64,000 nucleotides of DNA, taken from NCBI GenBank assembly GCA_012295275.1, contig CM022673.1, positions 4,340,001 through 4,404,000 of the forward strand. The letters are read 5' to 3'. Shown here in pieces: positions 27,330 to 64,000 of this stretch (position 1 is its first letter; every line of letters begins with the position of its first letter). The translations under genes were made by a program, and so were the position numbers. The DNA is from Chrysomallon squamiferum. Its lineage: Eukaryota > Animalia > Mollusca. The notes under the pieces are model-generated. The model ran no database searches and was not told the DNA's origin. It saw nothing but the letters and a program-made list of their open reading frames with translations.

Positions 27330-27700
27330 CCTTCCCTTTCTGTCTTCACTGACGCCGTGTCTCTCACCAAGTTTGTCTTCGTTCTGTAATCGCTGCTATA
27401 CACTTGACTGAAGCTTTAACGGGACTTGCCTGCATTGTTAGCCGATCAGCCGCCGACACAATCACCGTGTGCAACTCCGGGATAAGCGGGTTAGTAAGGT
27501 AATATGGTTAAATACTTCGGAGCACCAGTCTATTAAACGTTTTTCACAGAACCATTCCGCCGCGCTTTGTCGGCGGCTTCGTCACGTGACCCTACTGGGT
27601 GACGTTAATAGCGGAATTAACTCGCTTTTAATTGCACGGGTTACGGGATTGCTTGTTCCAGGTTCGAGCGATTTTTTGATTAGTGAAGAAAAATGTCAGA
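27330..27700 (+). promoter_or_regulatory. CpG-rich putative promoter/5' regulatory region of the NWD gene
   Basis: A GC/CpG-enriched patch ~500-900 bp upstream of the ATG at 28211. It contains the perfect palindrome GTCACGTGAC at 27581..27590 and an 11-bp inverted pair at 27448..27458 / 27568..27578. Confidence 0.5.
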
Positions 27701-28210
27701 ACTTTAGTGGGAGGTTTTTTTTATTATTTACTTTTTTTTGTTTCTTTCAATAATTTAAAACGATCGCGTTTCTTGGAGTGATGCTGCTGGTTACCTTTGC
27801 CTTACCACTTTGAAACACGGACATCAGGAGCAATCTGTAACGGACAAAATCTTGAAAACTTGAAATAACTGGTTAGTTTTTAAATGTGTCTGGATTTAAA
27901 AGCAACCAACAGTTCTAAAAATAAAACCACAAAAAAAACCACCCAGTGATAAACTTGTATGATTTTACTCCATCAGAATTACCAAGTCATGACGACAAAC
28001 TGTTAACTTTTGAAACAGTATCTATTACTGTCGCTCTATAGTGTGTTTAATTATCTACAACAGTTGCAAGGGATTTCAAAAACTGTTTGTAATATTTATG
28101 GCAAGCAAAACGAGAAGATAGGATACGTTGATGATGAAACTTTAGTTCAGACATTGTTACACAGAGAAGAGTAAAATTATTTCACTTGTAAATAAAATAC
28201 TTGAAGCACG

Positions 28211-53531
<25,321 letters not shown>

Positions 53532-53934
53532 GTTTACTCACGCTACGACTGAGTTTCTGGTTGTTTATTTTCCTGATTCAGTTTGTAATTACTGGACATT
53601 CCATCATGTATTCATCAAGAAACTTTCTAGACAGACTTTCCTCCTCCTTGGTACTTCATTCCTTTGCATGTGGTCTACCTTTATCAATAGATACCTTTTA
53701 CAAGATTCTTTCTAATAATATCTGCTTTGTATCAAAATTGTGCTTTTGACCAGTAACTCATATGTACTTTCCTTTGCTTTGGCTGCAAATCTTGCTACCT
53801 GCTCTGTCTGCTGTACAATAGTGTTCTGACAAATCTTGTGTAAAACTGTGGTGCCAAAAGAACAGAATCATAATTTTAATGTTAGCGACTCTTTAAAATG
53901 CGGCTGTCTTGAGCTGAAAGTTTTAAATGTAGCA

Positions 53935-54105
53935 GTTTGACTGTATCATCATTTGAGTTGACGTTTTAATTAACATACTTTGACTACCGTCATTTGTGTT
54001 GATGATTTATTTAACAAACTTTGACTGTATCCTCATTTAAGTTGATGTTTTAGTTATCATGCTTTGATTTTATCATAATCATTTATACTGATGTTTTTGT
54101 TAACG
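53935..54105. repeat. ~41-bp degenerate tandem repeat in the putative NWD 3' UTR
   Basis: tttgactgtatc(a/c)tcattt.agttga.gtttt..ttaac, about 4 copies. Confidence 0.75.
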
Positions 54106-54707
54106 TAGAAGATGCATGACTTAGATAGTTAATATTACTAGTTAACAAACTGAGTGTTAATTCGTTTGCGAATTTACCAGTTTAACTGAAACTAGAGCAA
54201 ATATTGCAATTTCTTATACAGTCTCTTGCGTTCATGTTTTTCATTAACTAAGCAGTTATCTGTTGTTTTTTCTAATTTGTCTTCTTTTTCTTCTTCTTCT
54301 TTTTATTCTTATTCTTATTCTGCTTATTATTATTATTTTATTATTACTATTATTTTTGTTGTTGTTTTTTAACTAGTTAATATTTAAAATTATTCTATAC
54401 AGTATAATGCATTCTTTTTATTAGTTACCCTAGTAGCATCAGTCATTTGTTTTTATATTATCAGCAATTTATAAAATACCTTTTATAATTTAACGTAGCA
54501 TTTTGACTGTATATTTCTGTCTTGATTTTGTTGTCATTTCTCTTTACCCACTTTTGTATAATTTCTCAGATCATTATTATCTTATGTATAACTCTTTCAT
54601 TTAGCAATTTACTTTGGTGCCAACTTATTATGTTTTCTGTTTTATTTATAAACCTCTTCTTCATGTGCAGCATGTATGTTATTATTGTTGGTGTTGTTGT
54701 TATTATA

Positions 54708-54767
<60 letters not shown>

Positions 54768-57700
54768 TTATGAATTTAACATGTATTACCTTCAGTGGAT
54801 TATTAATTTATCTATAATTGGTTCTTGGTTTTTACCATTAAAGCTGTAATGATTTTAGAGTATAGGGATGAGATTTATTTAATTAAAAATAACAAATGAC
54901 TGAATTACAAACATGAATGGATGGATGAATCGATGGGTGGACGGACAAACCAACGCAAAAACCAACGAATAAATGACTTTTATGAAATCCAGATACAAGA
55001 AAAAAAATAGAATATAGTTTACTGAGTATCAATCAACGTTTTCTATTGCTAGTAAGTTAACAAATAAATAAACAAATAAAATAAATAAAAAGAAAGAAAG
55101 AAAGATATAATTTTTTAAATATATTTAAAAGAAAATATATTTTCAAAGGTTTTGGAAATCAAATAACAGTAAAAATTATTTTCGTACGTATGCGTAACTA
55201 TTTTCTATTTGGTTAGGCAATACAGAGTTCACAAAAAGACTAACAATCATTTGTTTGTATGTTACTTTACGTTCTGTAAGTGTTTGCTGAATAGAGTTGT
55301 TTTAAGCCTCTTATAAAAGTCCTATATCCGCACCTTAAATTCTGACTTTTGTATTCTGGAAATCCAGTAGGGATAAAACAGATTAACGAACAAAATGATG
55401 AAACAAATTTTGATTCTTATAATGAAACAAAATATAATGAATAAATTTAGAGAATACATTTTGTTTTTACGAATCGAGGAAGTGAAAGGTTTGTATTTAT
55501 TAATTTTATATTAATTTTATATTTCTCTTTTGTTTTCTTCTTTTTTTTTTTTTTTTTTTCTGTAGTTTAATAATTACGTTCTTTCTACTATTAAATATTC
55601 ATGAAATTGGAATACCTTTAATAATGTTATTTATTCAGATGAAAACTTTTGCTCACACACACACACACACGCACACACACACACACACACACATATACAC
55701 ATTCAAAGTTACACAAAGCACAACAAACATCCACGCTCATACGTACTGGCGCACACATAGGTAAACAATAAAATAAGCTTATTAATGCCAGATATCATTA
55801 TTTTATGCCATTTTTCTTTTTTTTATAAGCTGAATATCTTTACATATGCACATATTTAGTTATATACTAAAATATATTGACAATATCAGTCATGAATTTT
55901 TCTATATTTATAAAATATCCATTTAGCATTTGGTTTAAAGAACAAAATAAAAAATGAAACGTGTAACGTTTTGTTTTATTTTCTCTTTGAAAGGTTTGGA
56001 AAGAAGCTTGCCAACTGAGAGCATGCGCGAGAACTATCCAATCATAGGACACGTTACATTTCGTCAACTACATGTGAATAAAAGGATTTACTTCATTCGT
56101 CCTTGTTCATTAGCATGATTGTATCGATAATTATTAAATACTGTTTTTTTTATGTTCTGACTGATGACGTTACAGGAAAGGGAATTCGAGTGATCTATCT
56201 TTAAAACCATTAACACAAGGTTTTATGACATTACTGTAAATATATTACGTAGTACGTGGAAATTCATTAATTTCTTTGCACACTCAATTAAAGGCTCGAA
56301 TGCTTGATATTTATGTCAACTTGCCGACTACAACCAGGTCAAAAACGATATCTGAATTTAATTACATATATATATATATTGTATTCAATGACTAGAGTGT
56401 ATGCCCAATCCGTTATTATGGTTCTCGTTAATGTGACTGACTATATAATCAACCAAATCAGTCAAATATATCTGCGTAATTGTTTTTCGAAAATTGTTGT
56501 AACCCAAACAATGGCTTCATGTTCTACATTATTCATTACACGTTCTGTTTTGTCTAAAACTGTTTATTTACTCCATGTCGAATGTTTGTTGAACAACTGT
56601 GCAATCACTGAAACAATTAATCAAAATTTTGTCACCTCAATTTTAGAGTATCATTTTATATATAATGTATAAAAACAAAAACAAATGAGTTTCAATTGAA
56701 CGGACGGATTTATTATTACGATCAGTGAGAATGATAATCATCAAGAGTTACCTCCCTTTTATATACTTTCCGATAATGCTGTTATCTATACGATACAAAA
56801 CTTATTGACATATTTATTATCTGCATTAATGGTTCAAGCACATTTTCTCTGGGTATGACATCCTGCAAGCCGAGTCGTCAGGATGGCTGAGTTTATTTAT
56901 TGTTACCAAAATTTTGCTTTTTGGATTTCTTACTTAAGTACATGAAAGGATCTTGATTGCATTGTCAATTTTATTATTATCATTATCATCATTATCATAA
57001 TAATTATTATTGTTATCATTATTGCTATTATAACTCAAGGCCCTTTCTTTCTTTTTCTCATATTTTCAAAAATTGCTTCACTTTTTCTCACTGCACAGTA
57101 ATCTAGTCAGTTCTCCAACTGGACAAGAAATTTGTCCACCGAAGTCACAAAGTTATTTGTCATATTGTCCTTTTATTGTCAAAATAAATGTAAAGTATAA
57201 TTATGGACACAGTAGTAAATATATTAAACTATTATTCAAATTTGTATGGAATTTTTCTTAAGAGTATGACTATCATTTTAGTTTATATATATATAAACAT
57301 TGGAAAATACAAAGAATGAGAAGTATTTGATAAGCTGTAAAATTATATAAACTGTTTATATTGTTGTATCATTACGTAGTGTATTTGAATTATATGCACA
57401 ACGTGTCATTACTATCTCGTTCGGTAAATTCTGGACATACTGTAGATTACATATTGTTTGTTGGTTATGAAATGTACGTGCATTTGTTGGACACTTCGCT
57501 GTGCAATATATTATTACAATCAATGAGTAACTCAAAGAGCTTGTGTACATGACGTTGGTGTTATTTGTTGTTAACATTCCACGTGTAGAAACTAATTAAA
57601 TAAAGTGCATAGTGCTTCTTTGCTTGTCAGTAATTTGTACTGTAACAACTCACAACAGTATCGTGTGTAATCAACAGCAGACTTAAAGTATAAACCTGTG

Positions 57701-58126
57701 TTGGTGAGAGAGAACAAAATAATAGAATTGTCTAACTATATCTTATACATTTCCAAATAACTGTTTTAGATACCACTATTTTTTAAATAATACCGGATTG
57801 TGAATACGAATTCATACTTTATTCTTAACAAAGGTTGGAATGTCAAAATTTAACCTCGCTTTTACAAAAAGAAACAGAGTTTAGTTGTTTGGGAGAGAGA
57901 ATCATTTATGTTCTCAACGTTTTTTTGTGGGGGTTTTGGGGATATGGATATTTTATTTCTTGTTCTTTTTTTTTTTTTTAAATTAATATTGTGTTTATGT
58001 GTGCGTTGTATGATTTTACAATTCACTCAAAATAATTCCTTTAAAAGACAAAACAACAAAAAATAATAATAATAATCTGAGTGTTATTTAATTTTTAATT
58101 TCAGTACATTACTGTTGTATGTTCCG

Positions 58127-58851
58127 TTAATTCTTTGTTGTCGTGAAGAATTCGTGATCGTGTCCAAACTACAAAATAAAGAAATTTAACAGCACATGAA
58201 ATCATATGAAAATACACATAAAGAGTATATGGTAGATATATTATTTATAACATTTTTATTTATTCATATAACGGTTTAACTAATTTTTGCAATGGGGATA
58301 TTATATTCGCACCTTCCCGTGAACAGAAAGAAAAGTATCACAGCTTTTCATAACTAGTCACGAGTAAGTCTCTGGAACGGGAAATATCCAGTAGGCCCAT
58401 TGAAAAGTACATTAAATAATAATAATAATAATAATAATAATCCAAAAAGAAATCAAAAGTCATTTTAGTGAAATGATAAAATTTACACAGATTTTGAGTT
58501 ACAAATACACTTACAAATGATGATGGACAATGGAACGGTTGATTTAAATGCCACTCATTTTGTTTGTGTCCAACGGTTTCAAGCTAATAATAATAACAGT
58601 AGCACAATTAAATAATAATAGTTATGACAGTTATAGTATTAGCATTAGCAGAAATAGTGACAATAATAAATTATATACGTACGTATGTTCTGTATGTTGT
58701 TGTTTTTTTTGTTGTTGTTGTTTTGTATCGCATAATTTTAACAAGTACATGTATCGTACATAAGCCAAATATACAACATAAAATTGCCTTTTTCACCCTT
58801 TCAGAAATTAAGTCATGTATGTTATTTTTAACATTCTAATGAGACTGCTCA

Positions 58852-58914
<63 letters not shown>

Positions 58915-59834
58915 ACCATATTATTCCAGAGTGAAAGAGCGGCTGCTCCGTGACCTTTGCCCGAGAAATGGAAGCAGTCAGCGGAAAAGTAGGTCATGTC
59001 AATATCTCCTCCGCCACCATCCTAAATAAATTAATTAATGACGTCATTAAAAATAGTCATCATTGCTTTTAATAATTTTGGAACTCTCTTGGTGAACGTA
59101 CTTTAAAAAAAAAAAAAAAAACTTTTAGATACCAAGATTCGTTCAAATAGTAACAATTTGTTTTATTCCAGTATAAAATACATAATAAAACATTCCGAAA
59201 TATACCTTATAGTGAACAGCAATATTCCTTACATATCTTAATGGATATTAATTAGTGTACACTATTCCCAGGATGGAATAAACCACTTACAATTTCAGGG
59301 GGTAGTGTATTTCTGAAGAAAGGTTGAACGACAACGGTGAAGTCGTCCCTGGTGTCGTAACGTCCTGAGCCGACGATTCTGTCAATTTCTGCTTGATACT
59401 CGCGAGAGAGTTCTTTCAACCAGCCAGCATTAGCTTTGTCATCACCACAGTCACATACCAGACTGAGAAATTTATTACGATAATAATAATAATAATAATA
59501 ATAATAATATGTAAAATAAGTTTGAAGAGGAGTACCATGACCACCACCTGTAAACAACCACCTGTAAACAACCGTAATTTCATCAACAACAGCATCACCT
59601 CCAAATTTAAATAAATAAATACATGAAAATAAATTACATGAAATAAATATATAAAATTAAGTCATACATACGCATGGACAAAAGAGCAGAAGAATCCGGT
59701 GCTCAGAGCCGCCACTGGGGCGATGTCGAAAATCTGGGCTACGTTAACAAAAGCTTTTGGAAGCTCTCTGTGTAACATGTCGAGTGCACTCTGAATGTTG
59801 GCGCCGTAGGAAGCCGCACTGTATTTAAGCTGAA

Positions 59835-59871
<37 letters not shown>

Positions 59872-61102
59872 GGTTATTTCGTGTCATTTTTTACATTTTG
59901 TTTTCATGATAATATGAAAGCGGAAACCAATTTTCGCTGCTCCACTAGTAACTTATTTCCGACTAGCACAAGAAATATATACATAAACAAAAAAAAACAA
60001 AAAAATAGCAAGGCATTTTAATAATAATAACTAACCATGTATGTACGTGTTTTATAGGATATTATTTATTATGAAGGAAATATATATCATTTTTTACAGC
60101 GAAATATTCTGAACTATAACAAAACTGCAAAATCATTCAAAAGAAAAATAAAAGTGTAAGGGAGGTAACTGAATTATCCATACCCGGTCATGGCAAGCGT
60201 CGCATAGATCGTTTCCGCCAACAAACAAGGTAACGACTTTCCAGTCGTTGTAGTAGTCTATATGTGGATCGTTCTTCATTTCGTCAATGAGCATTCTTGC
60301 CTGGGCAGGTATATCACTGAAATTTTTTTATTATTTGAGGTATCAAAAACTAAAATATATAACCATTATTGTTATTTCACTGCCATTATTAGTTAATCAG
60401 TTCAGTCACTGTTTAATATCAACGATTAAATAACAGATTTACTTACTGAGATGTATCTCCTGGGTGGGCAAAGTTAAATCGGGAATTTTCACTATCTCTG
60501 TTTCCTTTCCCCAGTGAATAGCCGTAGAGCTGGTTTCCAAATTTCTTAATTATATCTTAAAAACAAAATAGCATTCATTAAATACAGAAATACGTAGTTT
60601 TTGTAAGGTTTACGTTAATAATGCTATAACTGCTGTAGTATCAAGTTACCATACCATTCAGGTTTTACTCGACTGCAAAAGCATAAACAATAACCCTACC
60701 ACCAAAAACAGCTTCCAATACTACTGCTATTACTAGTACAGGTACCGGACCAATTATACGGCGACACTATTTTCCGACACTATTTTCATAGTTCGCGCGC
60801 GCGTGGGTGTTGTTCTCACCAGCCTTCATTCACTCGCCACAGTTGTGTATCGTCAATTTTCTTTATGTTAATAATTTTAAAATGTTTATGCCTAATTATT
60901 TATGTATTTAGATGCCTTGTTATCAGAAAACCGGAAAATCCAGAAATCCAGGAATGCCTCAGGCCCCAAGGAGTCCGGATAATTGATCCGGTACCTGTAG
61001 TATCAATGCATCACTGAAATCCACAGTGCAGCTAAAATAATTCTAGCAGAATTCAAAACCAGAATTCCTCTACAATTAGGATTCTTTTTAAGTAACATTT
61101 TA

Positions 61103-61133
<31 letters not shown>

Positions 61134-61667
61134 GTCATACTTGGAAAAGTTAAAATTCCACTTTCCAAGGAACCATCTCCTCCTATGCTGTTTGAAAACA
61201 AAAATAAAAATAATAAAATAAAAATGACAAATATCATTAAATTTCAAGAAAAGGAAAAAAAATCAGAAGGAAAGAAAGATTTAAGGCTTGCAAACAAGTG
61301 AAGTTAATTGAAAAAGTTCCACGAATATGTCGAAGTGGTCCAGAGAAATAATGTCTTCGTACGAAAGAAGCTCAGTCTTTTAGGATTATTTATACACAAT
61401 GATCATTTGCGTAACAAAAATTTTAACATATTTTTATTTTATTTTATTTTTTATTTTTTATTTTATTTTATTTTTTTATTATTTATCTTTTTTCTTTGTT
61501 GTTGTTGTTTTTAATGCATACACTTACCACCATGACAGTCCACGATATTCGACGAAATCTTCAACAATGTTTTCCGCATCAACACCATTACCAGCCTGCA
61601 TTAACATCGTAATGTAATTAGACACGCAAACACGAAGCAATATACACAAAAACTGATGATATGCAAA

Positions 61668-61702
<35 letters not shown>

Positions 61703-61908
61703 AATAAAATTAAATTAAATTAAATTAAATTAAATTAAATTAAATTGAATTGAATAAATGACCTACAATGAACACATTTAAATTTGAGCTGAATCAAATT
61801 AATCGAGACAAAATTCTTCCAGATTTTTATTTATTTTAATAATTAATATTTTAAAAATATTATTATTTATTTATTTATTTATTTTATTTTGTTGTTTGTT
61901 TGTCTTTG

Positions 61909-61947
<39 letters not shown>

Positions 61948-62516
61948 TTAAACATTGTCATGAATGTAGTCCAAACCATATACCATTATTTTAAGTATAA
62001 TTTTAAAATAATAGTCTGAGATGTAATAAGAAACATTTATTTATCTGTGTTATCTGCGTACTGTCAGGGAATCTCCAAGAGCCGCTACCACCTTAACATC
62101 CCCAGGGTGAAGTCCATGGACTGAAAAATAATAATACAAAGGATTACAAGTTAAGGAAATTTAAAACAAAAAATAGGATATGTAAATTTATATATAGATA
62201 TAGATACACACATACACACTCACACAGAGACCTGCATATATATATATACACACACGCGCGCATATGCACGTACATATACACATACATATGTACATATAAA
62301 CATACACACTGTAGTTAGATTGTTGGAAATAGAAGTTAATGGGGCATAATAATATTTGCGTCTTTCAGCTCTGGCTGGTTGGGGGGGTTGTCGTTGTTTT
62401 GTTTTTGTTGTTTTTTTTTTTTTTGCCTTTTTTTTCCATTAATTTCAGAAAGATATCAAAAGATCGTAACAAATGGAAATAACGTTTTATTTATTATTAT
62501 TATTATTATTAATTTT

Positions 62517-62572
<56 letters not shown>

Positions 62573-62805
62573 CTTATTATTATTAAATTATTATATACCC
62601 CCATCCCGTCAGATGTCGTTAAAAACTAAATATTACTATTTACGGTTATGCTTGTTCTGTTTTTAGAAATATTTCTACGTGTAACAAAATTTAAAACCGG
62701 GTACGCACCTGACCTGGCTGGTCGACCGTTCCAAGGGTTGGAGGTGTGGCAGTGAAAGTCAGGAATATTGTATCTGTAGGGCGGGGCTCGCTTACTTCTG
62801 TTAGT
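58127..62805 (-). CDS. PLB1: Phospholipase B1-like SGNH/GDSL lipase, single catalytic domain; 5'-partial, 11 exons (352 aa visible)
   Basis: Minus-strand exons are 62805..62709, 62120..62062, 61595..61528, 61187..61141, 60555..60447, 60316..60184, 59829..59672, 59462..59291, 59021..58917, 58583..58515 and 58168..58127, all in frame with GT-AG introns. Motifs: [75 protein letters not shown]. The start exon(s) were not identified. Confidence 0.92.
58290..58405 (+). mobile_element. Fragment of a dispersed repeat family (also ~2690-2790 and ~36960-37140)
   Basis: The motif gaacgggaaatat...aggccc is shared between 2738-2761 and 58375-58398. A looser similar segment lies at ~37060-37135. The family is unidentified. 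Confidence 0.45.
60739..60997. mobile_element. MITE (Tc1/mariner-pogo type) with TIRs and TA target-site duplication, in a PLB1 intron
   Basis: The left end reads caggtaccggaccaattatacgg. The right end reverse-complements to caggtaccggatcaattatccgg. TA flanks both sides (60737-60738 and 60998-60999). The element is 259 bp and non-coding. Confidence 0.85.
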
Positions 62806-62822
62806 CTGAATAAAACAGAAAT

Positions 62823-62865
<43 letters not shown>

Positions 62866-64000
62866 GCAAAACAAACTGTAAAAATAAAAACTAATGATAA
62901 TAAAAAAAATACAAAGTCATAACAAATTAAAAAAAAATAATAATAATAATAATAAAAAAATAATGATAATTTTAGAGATGAATCACTAAAAGTTCAAAAT
63001 TTAAACTTCTAAAATATAAAATATATTCTAAAGGGATTAATAACACAATGAATTTAATGGCGAATATAAATTATTAATTTTATTTTATATTTATTATTTT
63101 ATTCTGAGAAAAATTTAATTGGTTATCGTCAAAATGTATGATGGCAAAGCCTTCTGTGCGTGTTTTTATTATTAATATATTTGTTTAAGCAAAATTTTTT
63201 TTTTTTCAGTCCGTAGAATTAAGGCAAAATTTTAATAAGTTCTTTCTATACAGGTCAGACACAAATATTAGAATAGCAGATCAGATATCTAAAGTTCTAA
63301 AATAATTCAAAATTCCGAATCCTCGGTCTGGTTGGAGTTCAGTGTACTTTATTGCTGGTACAATATTTATACCTGTAACAATTCACACAAATTAATTTTT
63401 CAAATAAAACAAAACATAAGGACATTAAATAGCAAATAATGTTCGGCCTATATTTCAAGACGTATGACCTTGAAGACGAAAATATCAGCTGATACTTCCA
63501 CCTTCAAGTTACACTGTTATCTTTTTTTCTTTTAGGATTGGTCGCAAGGTAAAAATAACTTGGTAATATATATTTTGTTTTTCTCATTAAGTTAGGCATT
63601 AGAAATCAATATGGCTCTATGTATTAGCATTTTCTTGAAAAAATGCATATGTTTTATAATTATAAATAATAATAAACAAAAAATCTCATTATGACTAAAA
63701 CAGTAGTTTTTAAGTTAGAGATTATTGTTTTATATTATTATTTTGAAGCTTCGAAAATATAGGTCCACAAAGATATATTATGGAAATATATTGATAAGGT
63801 CTAAGATTATCGGGGAATGTCTACTGAAAATTAAACTGTATGCTCAGCTGGCATGAAAAAACATTACAAACATTTTATCATTCGTCTAGGTTTGTACTTT
63901 TACTGGTATCGATACAAAACTCAGCATACCGAAAGCTGTTGATTTGAAACGGAGTTTGATGCTGATTCTGCTGAAGAAAATACACAACAGACATTCCATT

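Noticed and set aside
63250-63372. Candidate upstream PLB1 exon (minus-strand acceptor near 63373)
   Set aside because: All three frames hit a stop before a usable donor, so it cannot be joined to the 62805 exon.

Overview
AT-rich, microsatellite-dense eukaryotic (metazoan, invertebrate, possibly mollusc) genomic DNA with GT-AG spliceosomal introns. No rRNA, tRNA or CRISPR array was recognised. I assembled five protein-coding genes by hand from splice sites and reading frames. (1) A 3-exon GT31 C1GALT1/COSMC-like gene (+, 87..2561, 332 aa) that lacks the DxD and catalytic acidic motifs. (2) An intronless GT92/DUF23 glycosyltransferase (-, 6392..7909). (3) SARNP/CIP29 (+, 10 exons, 10477..19307, 238 aa), with a decayed Tc1/mariner element in intron 1. 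(4) An NWD1/NWD2-like DUF4062-NACHT-WD40 gene (+, 8 exons, 28211..53531, 1673 aa) ending in a CaaX box. (5) A single-domain SGNH phospholipase B1-like gene (-, 11 exons visible, 58127..62805, 5' end unresolved) with a TA-flanked MITE in one intron. The most notable observations are the COSMC-like pseudo-enzyme next to an intact GT92, an inverted and frame-preserved orphan copy of a PLB1 exon with intact splice sites just downstream of SARNP, and the prenylation-ready NLR-like NWD protein. Most short ORFs in the supplied track are microsatellite or antisense artefacts.
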